A DNA stretch of 62,682 nucleotides, filler included, from Rhabdomonas costata (GCA_019059605.1; 47 parts of 47 records of this genome joined end to end with filler, not necessarily neighbours in it); one strand, 5' to 3'. Shown: positions 23,785 to 36,457, counted from the whole stretch's first letter. Notes: generated by a model from the sequence alone, not told the origin. A program made the numbers and translations.

Positions 23785-25787
23785 CACACACACACACACA
23801 CATCAGCTGTTGCCCCGTGGGGCGCTGCCACTGCGCCAACCGTCAAGAATTCGTGTACCTATGCAGGCAATTTTCGCTGAGCGGTTCTCTTGGTCCGTCC
23901 CGTTCTGGAATCATATGTGTTTAGGCAAAAAATGCAAAAAGTGAAGAAATCGNNNNNNNNNNNNNNNNNNNNNNNNNNNNNNNNNNNNNNNNNNNNTTAA
24001 TTAATTAANNNNNNNNNNNNNNNNNNNNNNNNNNNNNNNNNNNNNNNNNNNNTGTGTGTTGTAACCTGCATCCTGAGTCTGTGGTTTCAACTTCGGGGTT
24101 CTGACTGTCTGAGTCACGGTGTGGGCTGAGTCGTGGCGGGGTCCTAACTCGTAGCCAGTGCCAGGCATTTGGCTTAGCTCTTTTGCTCAGACCTAGAGGG
24201 TTTCGGGAGCTCAAAAAGTGCGACAAATTGTTTACAACAAAGCTACGCGTTTGGTTGTGCCGTCGGCGCGTGGTTTGGTATGCGGATCATTTGCTCGAAA
24301 CTGTCAAGGTGAACCGCTCGGCCCCGGGGCCAATCTCTCTGGGCCCCGTGTGTATCTGCCTGGTTTGCTAGCCAGATAACTGGCGTTTTACTCCGTTGCA
24401 TGATTAGATTTGCCGATTGGTGCCACCTCGAAGTGTTCCCGTGGTTGGTGGTGTTTTTGCGGTGTGTATCTTGGCGCTTCCGTCCGCGAGGACCACTGTT
24501 GGGCCCGGGATTGGTTAGCTGGCCGAAGGTGGACAGGCCCGGCCGACGGGGACCTACATTTGATCTCGGTGGCGGGGGTGTGATCAAACACCTGGGAGTG
24601 TGCAAGTCTCAGATGCCCTACCGTTCTTCGAGCCGTCTTTTTGGACCATTTGTGTCATTCGTGGATGGGGATGAATATGCTCATAAATTTGAAAAGATTG
24701 CGTTTCACCCTGCCATTGATGCTGTGTGGTGTTTTCGCTGTTCCACTTCGCGCTCTAACTTCGCCCCCCACAGCAACATATAACGGGACGTTCAGCCGCT
24801 TTAAACTCCAACGCAACCAGGGATCCGTGCTCAGCGCAGGGGGCGCGAGTGGAAGGATGGCGGCAGGACCGGTGTTTCGGTTCAAAATCACTTTTAATGA
24901 TGTTTCTGTTGTTGTGGTCCTGCGCCACCTATCCAATTTCTCTACGGATGAAGGGTGGTCAAATGCGGCGGGGAAATGCGGGTTTCCCGCGGAGGTCGAC
25001 AGCACTCATTCCCAGTGTTTTGCCCAAAGACAGCCCAATATGCGCGGGCAAGGGCCATACAAATGCGAGAGGAGCATGTCCGGTGCCTGGGCACCTTCGG
25101 TTGGATGCAGTTAGCGGCCGTTTCCCCATGATTGGCCGAAGGCGGGTGACGACGACCATTAGTTAGGGCTTGCGGCCGTGCGACGCTTTGCGGACCATAT
25201 TTTGAGAGTGCTTGAACGTTAGCTTTGAAACCTTGAAGACGGCTTCTGTAATTTAGTGCTGGCGTCTTTTCTTTGGATCGGGCGCAAANNNNNNNNNNNN
25301 NNNNNNNNNNNNNNNNNNNNNNNNNNNNNNNNTTAATTAATTAANNNNNNNNNNNNNNNNNNNNNNNNNNNNNNNNNNNNNNNNNNNNTGTGTTGTGTAT
25401 GTGGTGTGTGGGTCGTGCACGTAAAAATGGTTGGCAGATGTGCTGCATCTTTTTCCATTCGGTGTTTTTCCTGAGACACCTTCCTGGTGACGCGGCGCTT
25501 TGGCGCTTCTGCGAACATGAAGCTATTTCTAAACTGTGGCAACTGTGCAGTCAAAGCGTGTCCGTTTGGTTTCGGGACCCTTAGTGCCAGCGTCAGCGCT
25601 GCGCGCCATTACTTGCTAGAATAAAATCGAACACGTAGAAAAACGGTAACCCAAAACAGTCTGGAGTCGGAACTCAAAACAGTTGTAGTGACCCAGCGGT
25701 GAGAAGGACATGCTCTGGAAGCCAGATCAGGACCCTTGCTCACCAAAACGTAACGCGCACTCGTTGTGCGCCTGGGGCCGATCAAAA

Positions 25788-26226
25788 TCACTCCTTGATC
25801 ACAGCCAGAATGTCTGCCTCCTTGTACACATAGTACTCTTCTTCATCGATTTTCAGCTGGGCCCCATAGAAGTCGGGAAGAAGGACTTTGTCTCCCTTCT
25901 TCAGCGTCATCACGTGGTCCTTGGTACCTGAAGTGAATAAAAAGAAATCACCTGGACAAAGAACAATGTAATGGAAAACAACGGAAATGTATTTATTGGC
26001 ATTTAAGCACTGTACCTGGTCCGACAGCCAAGACAGTGGCTTCATTAGCTCTTTTGACCGAAGATTCCGGGATCACAACACCAGTCTTGGTTTGCTTGGC
26101 GACCTGCATCCGCTGCACCAAAACTCGGTCACCCAGAGGAACAATAGTCTTCGCCTAAGCAAAAGCAAAAGAAGAACTGCATAACAGGGGCTTCCGTACC
26201 AGCCTCAATAGTGCAGCCCAACGCCA
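25788..26226 (-). CDS. HSP10: Mitochondrial co-chaperonin Hsp10/Cpn10 (exons 26016-26154 and 25788-25927; probable presequence exon 26200-26226)
   Basis: AKTIVPLGDRVLVQRMQVAKQTKTGVVIPE...EATVLAVGPG/TKDHVMTLKKGDKVLLPDFYGAQLKIDEEEYYVYKEADILAVIKE*, with an 88-nt GT-AG intron. Confidence 0.96.
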
Positions 26227-26724
26227 CTTGGCCCCCCCTCCCCTGGGTTTGAGGCGACCCTTCCTTTTTTATTTTGTGCCGCTTCGCTTCTTTCCCCAGC
26301 ACAGCGGAGGGTTTACCAACGACACCACAACGAAAGCGGGGGAGCTGAGCGCTGGCAGGTGGTGACAAGGACGCGCAGCGCAGAAGCACAAACCGTGTGA
26401 TTTCAGTGGCATGATCATATGCCCGTTAGGTTGATGAACGAAAAGGGGGTTGGGAGTTGTTCCTTGTTCCCATTGCTTAGCTGGTCTGGCGTGTACCGTA
26501 TACGCAGCACACAGGTGCCTGAGGCCCATACCTTAGATACCTGAGGTGTGGCCAGGGCCCGAAAACCGAACCATAACCCGCAGCCGGAACTCCAATCCCA
26601 CCACACACACCTCACACCACCCACNNNNNNNNNNNNNNNNNNNNNNNNNNNNNNNNNNNNNNNNNNNNTTAATTAATTAANNNNNNNNNNNNNNNNNNNN
26701 NNNNNNNNNNNNNNNNNNNNNNNN

Positions 26725-26797
26725 GTTAGGGTTAGGGTTAGGGTTAGGGTTAGGGTTAGGGTTAGGGTTAGGGTTAGAGTTAGGGTTAGGGTTAGGG
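26725..26797 (+). repeat. (TTAGGG)n telomere-type repeat, about 12 units with one TTAGAG variant
   Basis: Directly visible at the contig start. Confidence 0.97.
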
Positions 26798-27052
26798 TCC
26801 CAGCATAGCTTTATTTCAGTATTACGAACTTTCCGTCTCGTCCTGGAGCAACTATGTTCCTTTGGGGGAGGGGGGGAGGAGTTTTGGCGCTTTACGGTGC
26901 AAAGCGTGCATCATACAGTTTGTTTTCCAAACACTCGTTCCCAAGTGAAACTGCCACCAAAGTTTTTCCATTTGAGATCGGCACAGCCCTGCTGGATGGG
27001 TCATAAGGCCCCCCACCCCTTCCGCAGCTTTTGTGGAGCCGGGGGGCGACAC

Positions 27053-27280
27053 CGCGTTCTCGGCGTCCGCCAGGTCCACGGCCTGCCGCAGACGCTCTTC
27101 GCTGGTGCCCCCGCCGTACCCCTCGGCGGTGTCAAAGAAGGTGACTCCTGCGGCCACCGCACGGCGGACCATCGCAGCGAGCTCGGCCAAGGGGATCACC
27201 AGCCCCCCGTTGACGAGCTTGTCCAGGCGCGTGTTCCCCCACGCCATGGTGCCGATGCCCAGGGGCACAGGAAGCTCCAT
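27053..27280 (-). CDS. Aldo-keto reductase, 5' exon
   Basis: MELPVPLGIGTMAWG...AVAAGVTFFDTAEGYGGGTSEERL shows the LGxGT and FDTAExYG..SE motifs. The 3' boundary is approximate. Confidence 0.92.
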
Positions 27281-28908
27281 TTCTGCGATCTCCTTTTCTT
27301 GCTGTCCCAAAGCGAACACACGCAAGAGGACTTCTGACTCTTCCCAGTCCTTAGGGCACAATGGACTGCGACTACAAAGAAAACGGGTTGTTGTACAAGA
27401 AACAAGGCACGGTAAAAATTAGGTCTGATTTTCAGTGGAGACCCACACAAAGGGTGAACAATTGCTTGTCAAGAGACAGCCGGCGCATGATGTGATGGGA
27501 GATTGTCAATGCAGGGGTTAAAGTTAAGGCTGAAGGCTGAAAAAGAACTTGAGCCAGCGGAGCAAGGGAATTGACGACTCTCTTCATCGACATGTCGACG
27601 CTTCACACCTTGAAACTCTCAGAGAAGGTTAAGCACTGAATCCCACCCCCACAAAGACACAGCTAGACTCCCATCGCCGATTTCCCCGGAAGTCAATTGG
27701 CTAAGGCTCAAAGCACAAGAAAAATCACAGGAAGAACGTCACCAGATGAAGTGTGTGGTGGCAGTACCAGCTGCAGAGCTCTCGAAAAAAGGGAGCATCC
27801 TCCCGACACATTCATCCCGGCAACACACTATGTACAGGCCAACAAAACCCGGGGGAACAGGGGGGGCAAATACGCCCCCCCCTCCCCCACCATGTCGCAG
27901 CTCAGCACTTGGCAACGAGTGGGTACGTTGTTGCCTGAGGGAGCACGGACTTCCCCACAAACNNNNNNNNNNNNNNNNNNNNNNNNNNNNNNNNNNNNNN
28001 NNNNNNTTAATTAATTAANNNNNNNNNNNNNNNNNNNNNNNNNNNNNNNNNNNNNNNNNNNNTGGTTTTGAGGAAGAGCCGGACGGGGAGGATTCTAGTG
28101 CCGTTGGCGCCGGACACCGCGGTTTTGTACCGCAATTCCACCTCCAGCACGTTGAGAGCAGCCAGGCGAGCCTGGTGAGTCGACATCAGCCTTTGGGGTC
28201 ACCCGCGAAGAGAACACAGTTCGTTTTCACAAGTGTGTATGGAGGGCAATGCCAAAGTTGGTTCTGGGGCAGCTTCTTTCTTCGGATTGTCGAGTGCTAT
28301 CATGATATCAATTTTTTTTGGGGAGAGGCAGCAGGCATTCACGAGTGGAGCTGCCGGCGTGCCAACTGGCATGAATCCTTCTTCTTGTCAAGCACAAATC
28401 AGAAGAAAGCCCCCTTGGAAGGCACCGGGCAGCTGTAGTCTTTCAAGCTAGTGTCTGGGCCCTGAGCTCTTGAGCTGTTGCGATTTCTACAAAGTCCGAC
28501 CGCAAGGAACCCAGCGTCCCTACCGCATATGGCCCGGTAGCAGCAGTATGGTGGCAGTTACAATCTAACGAATCGTGACGTGTGGAGTACCCCGTCCATT
28601 ATGATAGGAGGTTCGGGGTTACCGAAACATAACGGACAGTGAGGACCGTGTATGTACTTCTTTGTGGTCAGGTTGAAGTCGAAGTCTTAACAATAATTTG
28701 AGCTTCGGGTTTTCCTTTCCCTTCGCTTTGCTGTGGTGAAAGCATGGGTTAACTTCAAAAAGAGAACATTTCGTCCCTATCACATGACCTAACGCCCCAC
28801 CTCACTACGGACTCGGCATTCAAAAAAAAGACCAACAGTCAGACTGACAACACAACCTGAAGTGAAAAAGGAAAAAACACAGCCGCCAGCCGCCCAAGCC
28901 CCCTTAAC

Positions 28909-29150
28909 CTCTCTGCGAGGTCGTTCATCGATGAGCTCTGCAGCACCTGGTCCACGAAGTTCACGAAGAGGTGGTTTGCCAGCGAGGGCCCCACACGGCG
29001 GTCCGCCACTGCAATCTCCAGCGAGGTCACCGCCTCGAGCACGATCTGCTCTCCGGCGCCCGGGCCGAGCTCCCCGTTGTCATCCACTCGAGTGTCGGCG
29101 GGGTAGGCCAGCACTCGGACAAAGAACCGAGTCTCTGGGTTGGCCACCCG
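28909..29150 (-). CDS. Internal exon, hypothetical protein
   Basis: GC3-rich frame FFVRVLAYPADTRVDDNGELGPG...NDLAER ending at a GT donor. The 5' boundary is uncertain. Confidence 0.5.
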
Positions 29151-30505
29151 GGGAAAGGCGCCCGAGGAGGAAGAGGAGGATGCAGCAGAGGGGACAGGAC
29201 AAGCGTACCCCCACAGGGAAAGGGCCTCACATTTCCGCGAAGGCATCCCCTTACACCTTTTTATAACGTTGGATCTTGGGGTCCGGGTACCACAAAAANN
29301 NNNNNNNNNNNNNNNNNNNNNNNNNNNNNNNNNNNNNNNNNNTTAATTAATTAANNNNNNNNNNNNNNNNNNNNNNNNNNNNNNNNNNNNNNNNNNNNTT
29401 GTGTTCAAGAGGGCTGGGCGTTGACCGAAAGAGATTCCGTTTATTCTAATCGTTGTGAGGCATCAAGAAAAGAACGGCTGAATCTTTTCCCTTGGAACCA
29501 CTAGCTTTGCTTCATTGTGCTGTTACGTCAGGATTCAGATAAGGTAATAAATTGTTTTGGTCTCTTCTCGTTTGAACAATTGTCTTGACCTCATATGCCT
29601 CCTGTGCTTCTTATTTTGGTTCAGCACCAGCTTCCTTTTGAGCTTTATTTTGGGCAGACTTTGGTTCAGCAGAGAACTTTCAACCTTGTGCCCACTGTGA
29701 GAAGGTTTGATTCCAGGGAAAAGTCCTGCGCTGTGGTCCATCCTGAATCTGCACTGCTGGCGGAGAGGATGATCGCACCTCCCGTCCGAATCACAGCGAA
29801 GCCCCCACTGCAGCGCACCCGGCCCCGGCCTACTATAGTTCCCTTGGATGAGGGCCGTGCTCCGAAGCCGGCCTCCTCTGCCGCCGCGGGCACCGCCTCC
29901 AAGAGCCCCTACGAGCGCGCTGCCGGGGGGGTGTACTATGAGCAGACCCCAAGGTCGCACGGCCGCCTGAGGAGCACGAGCTGCCCCCACCCGAACTTCA
30001 CCCCAACCTCGTCTGGGTCGGTGCTGTCGTTCAGCCCGATCTGCTCGAACTGGGCCGATGAGATGGACAAGATGGATGACCGCCTGAGTCGGAAGGTCGC
30101 TCTCACAGACATTAATCCCCACCTACTTGCCGACCCACCCTCTTGTGATTCCGCTTTGCAGTACATTGGAGTAGGAGTAGCTTTGTTAGGGAACTTCCGC
30201 ACACTTATGGGTTGTTCGACCTTTTCGGACCCTGCAAGCACAATGAGCCCATACCCACTTGCTATCATGTGGTTGTGGGTGATGGGAGCTGCAGACGGTA
30301 GATAAACCGCTGCGCACGCGTGCGCTCTGCGTCGAAGTATGGGTGGCTGTGCTGTGTGAAACTTCCTTGTGTGTTTTGTGTAAATAATCACTTTCTGCCC
30401 CATCTGCGCTCCACCCCATTGCTAGAAACGCGCCAAATAAATAGGCCGCCGTGAAGGCTCGCCTCCCCTCAGCCTACACCGAGTCACCCGCTCCAGCGGC
30501 ACCGG

Positions 30506-30536
<31 letters not shown>

Positions 30537-30568
30537 CTCTTCCACTTCCTCCTCCTCCTCCTCCTCCA
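30506..30568 (+). repeat. (CCT)n / polypyrimidine microsatellite
   Basis: Directly visible. Confidence 0.9.
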
Positions 30569-30730
30569 CTGCAACCCACCAAAGCACCCAACATACCCAT
30601 CGTTACAGCAACACCAGCATACAACCCCACNNNNNNNNNNNNNNNNNNNNNNNNNNNNNNNNNNNNNNNNNNNNTTAATTAATTAANNNNNNNNNNNNNN
30701 NNNNNNNNNNNNNNNNNNNNNNNNNNNNNN

Positions 30731-31394
30731 GTGTGGGGGGTGAGCACGGGCTTGAACTTCGGGGTGTCCTGAGTGATGCTGTAGGATGCCAGCAGGGCCA
30801 CGATCCCGGCCTCGTCGTATGTGGAGACGTCGGCCCTCCCTACCTCGGCCTCATTCTGGTCGAAGAAGGTGATCACAGGGGGACGCCCAGGGATGTAGGA
30901 GACCTCCAGGGCGGGGTACTTGGGCGCTTCCGAGTGGATGAAGTTCTTCACCTGATGCATGCAACCACTTGTTGCAGCAGCGGCATAGCGCAGTGTGGGT
31001 GATGCGTTTCCCAAATGCAAAAGTGAAGCATACAAGCTCCGCTCAGTGCTGCCACACAAGCACAAAGACAAAGCAGAAGGGTGGCTCTTCCAGATAACAT
31101 GATCATTGAGATGGGGAGGGCAGCACAAAGCAATAACAGAAAATAAAAATGAAGCAGCATTCTTTCTTTCTTAAAGTGGGGAAGAGGGAAAAATGCCATG
31201 CTCTCAAGCCTGGAAGAAGTGTGGGGGGTGGGGAAAAGGGTGAAGTAGTCAAAGAAGAGAGAGGGAACCTTCGGAAGCCGATTGAGCTGTCATCCAGAGC
31301 AAGTCTCCAGCCGGGCAAAGGCGGCAGGCTGCGGGTCCGCGCTGACTGCCCATAAGGTGAGCAGTACCAGCAAGGCAACATCCCCACCCCTCAT
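30731..31394 (-). CDS. SELENOM: Selenoprotein M (SelM/Sep15 family) with in-frame UGA at 31290-31292; exon 1 31269-31394, exon 2 30951 to contig edge
   Basis: MRGGDVALLVLLTLWAVSADPQPAAFARLETCSG[UGA]QLNRLPK/VKNFIHSEAPKYPALEVSYIPGRPPVITFFDQNEAEVGRADVS. It has a signal peptide, a CxxU motif and conserved QLNRL after the UGA, with a phase-0 GT-AG intron. Confidence 0.93.
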
Positions 31395-33511
31395 TGCTTG
31401 TCACTAACAGGAAAAAGCCCAAAAGTTTCTGTGAATAGGGTGACATCCTGGTCATCGCAAATATCAGACAGGTTCACTAATGAAAGGGAAAAACACATTC
31501 AGGTTCGCAGCAAAATATCGTTCCGTCACGTTCGATTATCTCAAAGAAAGAGATTCAGGAGCGGAAGGAAACAACCCCCGCAAAGCCATTCCCCAAACTG
31601 CATCGACGCATCATCGAAGGCAAGCAACATTGTTTCAAGTACGGTCATTACAGTCCATTGGAAAGCACATCACATACAGCAAAAAGCACAAGATGCGCAA
31701 TAGCAGCACCGCGGCACTGCTTGAAGGGACAAAGGACAAACCCACACCAGCGGTATGGAACAGAACAACCTCAGCACTTCACATCAACGTTCAAGCGCAG
31801 GCGAAGAGTGAAAATGGCAGCGGAAAAAAGCGGGTGGCCACTTGGCCCTCCCCACACATTCACAAGTCGATATCGAAGAGCTTGACTTGCTCCTCCATGG
31901 GAATCACGGGCTCCGCGGCTGTCAGCAGTCCAAGCAGCGCATGTACAGCCTGCACCCCCCCCAACCNNNNNNNNNNNNNNNNNNNNNNNNNNNNNNNNNN
32001 NNNNNNNNNNTTAATTAATTAANNNNNNNNNNNNNNNNNNNNNNNNNNNNNNNNNNNNNNNNNNNNGGTTTGTGGTCATCGACCAAGAAAAGCCTTCAAA
32101 ACCCCTTGAAATAAATCGAAGTGAAGGGTGCAGAGGCGTGATCGGGCGCTTGCCCACGCTTCTTGTCTTTAGTCTTTAGTGAAACCTTACATCCCATTTT
32201 CATGGCGCCCATGCCTTGCGGAATGTCGGCCACCACCGGTTGGGGTCAAGCTTGGAGAAGTCCATCTCGAATGGCTGCTCTGAAAAGGGCGGATGCGAGA
32301 GGAGTGCCTACAAACAGCATAGATAATGAGGAACATCGTCTTGAACATTAATGAATTCCCAACAAGAAGCATCGATAATGGTTTTACAAGAAGGCCCCGC
32401 ACTAAAGTCTTTTCCTGAGGTTGGGACATCCGGTCTCTGGTGGACTTCTGCAAACTGCTGTTCTTCGATCTGCTGAACACCCCCAAGTTGTTTTGCTTGG
32501 CCTGCTGCTTGTTACAAGTGCGGTCAACTCCCAGGTCGGAGGAAGAAGGTACACCGTAAACCGGCCTCGATGCCGTAGCCCTCAATAGCGTCAAACTTGG
32601 ACCTGCTGACAAAAAGCCTCACAGCAATGCTCTTGAACACCTCTACACGCCTCGGCTTCCCTTTCTGGCATTTTCGTTGCCTTGAGCCTTACTTATTCTT
32701 CAGATTGCATTGTATCGGCAAGGCCCCCGCACACACAAAGAGACATCCAGGTCAGGGTGATGTTAAAACTCTCATGTTGAACTCTCATCAACTCTCATGT
32801 TCAGTTCAGAAGGTTTCCGTTCAAAAGCTGATAAATAGTCTCAGGGAAGCGGCTGATGCCGATTGGCGGACATTCGCCTCCAAGACACACCTTCTTCCCC
32901 CCCACCCAAGTTCGATTTGCTCCCTCGCCCCTCACACACCGTATTTCTTCGTTGTGGTGGGGTTGATCGGGCGGAAGGCCACCCTCCGCACAAAGGAGGA
33001 GGTGGAGTGGAAGTCCCGGGGCACCCCACCCCAGCCCTTGTCCACCCACCTGAGGCGAGAGCCGTCGCGCCGAACCGTCCCATCGCCCGATTACAAATTT
33101 TCTTCTACCAAAAACCCGAAAACCGGGCGGGAAGCAGAAAAGGCGGAAATGTGGTTTGTGGCTGCATCTGGTTTGCCCTTTTGGGGCACGCACAGCCCTC
33201 TTGGAACCGGAAGAACGCACATCGTCGGCAAAGACAAGCACCAAAATATTGCGTGAAATATAGCCTACTCTGTTTCAACCTTCATTCAAAGCAAAAAAAT
33301 CCNNNNNNNNNNNNNNNNNNNNNNNNNNNNNNNNNNNNNNNNNNNNTTAATTAATTAANNNNNNNNNNNNNNNNNNNNNNNNNNNNNNNNNNNNNNNNNN
33401 NNGGGGTGGTGGGAGCCGTTTTTATTAATGACTCGTTCGTTGCCTTATCTGAACAACTAAAATCAGGCATAAAAGCTATCAAACCTCCCCGTGATTGTTC
33501 CTGTCTTTCAG

Positions 33512-33717
33512 GTCAACCTGGCCTTCTTCATGGCGAAGCACGCGAAAACCCTTGGGCTTCCCTTGCTGTGCGACCAGGGGACGTTTTCCCAGGTCGAGCC
33601 CCTGATGGTGGGGTACTTGATGGACATTGTGCCCTCTGTGGAGGGCACTGGCCTAGGGGACCCAGTCGAGCTGTACTACTTGGCCGCGGAGAAGGGCGCG
33701 GGAATCTCTGGGGAGTG
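33512..33717 (+). CDS. Exon encoding the C-terminal part of a divergent class III nucleotide cyclase-like domain (EW motif)
   Basis: VNLAFFMAKHAKTLGLPLLCDQGTFSQV...LMDIV...VELYYLAAEKGAGISGEW resembles the VNxAxR...ILxSxxT...LYxL end of the cyclase fold. CAG/GT-bounded. Confidence 0.6.
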
Positions 33718-35439
33718 GTACGTGTGATGCAGGTGAGGGAGGTGGTTCCTAAAGAAACAAGGCTTTAAGCTGCGGCAGCCCGTCAGTGCGACAGAACACG
33801 GTCAGCGTACAGGCCCCATGCAAAGGTGAGGAATTTGGCAAGAAAGCTCTAATCCCATTCTCGGGATTGGGCTTGGGACGGATGGTTGCTTTCGACCAAT
33901 TTTCCATTGCGGAACAGGGCCTCTACTGCGCAGGATGCTCAAGTGCGTTGGGCCGGGTCGGGTTGTGCTGCTAAGCTCGACCCGCGTTTTGTCTCATTAG
34001 CGCGCTCTTGTCCTTATCTTCTTTCTATATTCTCTTCCCTTATTTAAGTCTCTCGCTCGCTAGTTGCGGTGCTGCCCGCAGGTGTGTCGCTTTTGGGGAC
34101 AGCATAGCTTCCGTGGAACGTGCCGTTCTGCTTAGGCGGATGAAGCCGCATAATGTCGTCTTAGGATGTATGAGATCACCTCGGATGAGTGCGAGGAAAC
34201 TCTGCGGTGGGTCGGAAATATTAGCACTGCAGTGCGGCAGTACTGTCGCGGTGTGCACTATTCCATCCCCGTGCCTTCCATTCCCGTACCGCCCTTTTGT
34301 ACAAGCGCAGCGTGCTCCATGGTTACGAGGTCTTTTGGTGAATGAAAAGCCGAAAATGCTGCGTCGAATGACGACGGGAGGAATTTCACTATGCTTCACG
34401 CTTTCCTTCGGACGCAAAACAGGCGGTCCGCTTTTGGAACTGCTTTGATCCCTCGAAGCTGCCACTGGATGGCATCTAGGAAACCTCTCGATGTGACACT
34501 GCCTGTGTGCTTTTGCTACTTTTCTAGAACCCCAGATCTTTTTTGTGTGGTGATAGCTCTTTCGTCCCACTCGGGTGGGCAACCGAAGCGAGAACTGAAG
34601 TGCGAAAAGGGATGTCCTGAACGAAAATGCAAAAACCCNNNNNNNNNNNNNNNNNNNNNNNNNNNNNNNNNNNNNNNNNNNNTTAATTAATTAANNNNNN
34701 NNNNNNNNNNNNNNNNNNNNNNNNNNNNNNNNNNNNNNAATCAGGCATTTTCGGACTCCGAAGCTAAAAAGGGGTTGTGAGAAAACTCCTCGGTCGACTT
34801 GGAGCGTCCCGCGGCGGAGGTGAGGGGCAACTTTACTATGATGCTTCCCTACTTTAATACCCTGCTGCTTCTGATGAAGGAGAACAAGTGGATGCTGTTC
34901 GTAATGATGGACATTTTACGACCGTGCGTTCGCCCGCCCCGTGCCCCCCCCTCTCCTCTTTGGCCTGTTTCCGAAGTTTGACAGGGATTGATCTGTGATG
35001 AATAGTGTGTGGCTGCGTGATGGAAAATTAGAAAAGGGATGAAAGTGATTTGAAGGAAGGCAGGAACACTGGTGATGGGGCGTGCAGTGCGGGAGCTAAT
35101 GCAGAGGAAGGTGGACTATTAATTCCTGGCGGAGAAGAGCGAGAGAGGGGGGCTCCACCCCCGGGGGTTTGGTGGTTTCTGGCCATTAGAAAACATGTTC
35201 AGCACATATTTCGGGGCACTGGTGCATCCTGGATCCCTCCCCCCTTCAAGTGCATCCTGGATGACCCCTCCTCCCGGAAGGAAGGTGGAAAGAATCTCAA
35301 CACGTCACACCGCATGAGAAGTACCGATGAGCACATCCCACCACAGATCACCCGATCACAAAACAAGAGCTCTGCCATCAACCAGGGATCGAATGACTTC
35401 CGAAAGAGCTTGGAACCCATCCTCCACGTCCTGCAAGAG

Positions 35440-35950
35440 TTACTGCCATTGATACTCACGGATGTATCCTGGGAGATACCATGCACTGGTACTCATGCAC
35501 CACTTCCCTTTTCGAAGACAACCACAAGTTTCCCCATGCTCCATCTATTTCTTGCGTCCCTGCGATGAACTTCTTCTTGTCCTTCAACTCCACAACGGTA
35601 GTGAACTCATAGCGGCCGTGACGAACATATCCGTGATGCAACTGGTTTTCCAGGTTGGAGATTACCCGGTAAGAACGCAGACCCTCAATAGGTAGCACCG
35701 TGTTAGGCTTGATCCACTTCTTGATCAGTGGGATCACTTCGTCACTGCTGGCAGGGCCCATGCGCTTTTTCTTGGGGAGCTCTTCCGTCACCAGCACATT
35801 CTGCGCACCGTAGCTCCCCACCACTCTCCATGGAGAACCGCAAAATTCTTCTTCTTCTTCTCATTTACGTTTTGCTCGTGAGGCATGACCTGGTTCATGG
35901 ATTCCAATAGAAGCTTTTGCAGGGGGTTAGGAGGCGATGCACGCTTCCCA
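35440..35950 (-). mobile_element. Degenerate Merlin / IS1595(ISXO2)-like DDE transposase
   Basis: EVIPLIKKWIKPNTVLPIEGLRSY...HGYVRHGRYEFT...AGTQEIDGAW, then frameshifted YLPGYIREYQWQ*. This matches the Merlin LxPxIxxxIxPGxxIxTDxxxxY...HxxVxH...TxxIxxxW...YLxExxWR pattern. Confidence 0.8.
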
Positions 35951-36457
35951 GGATTGTTGATTGCCCCCAACAANNNNNNNNNNNNNNNNNNNNNNNNNNN
36001 NNNNNNNNNNNNNNNNNTTAATTAATTAANNNNNNNNNNNNNNNNNNNNNNNNNNNNNNNNNNNNNNNNNNNNGTTGTGTGTGGAGGGGTTTCGGTGATT
36101 TTCCAATCTACTAGTGAGGACTGCTGGGCGGTTTCTTCTCCACCACTCTGAAAAAGGCCTTTAAAATGTGACCAAACCAGCAAACTGGTATCTCCGCCAA
36201 CCTGAAGGACACCGGAAGAGCCAGTTTCAATAAAAAACAAAGGTGACTATGCTCCTTAAATGCACAAATCTGTGAACCCCAAGCTCAAACTTCTTTCTGG
36301 CTCGCAAGCAAAGCAAAACTGGATAATCAAAAGCACTCCAAAAAAGGAGGAAGTCAGCGTGCACTACCCGCTTGCACCCGCAACCCAAGTTCTATTTAAA
36401 TTGGGACACCATCCATCGCCAAAATCAATAAAAAAGCACTCACAGAAACGGACGTAC

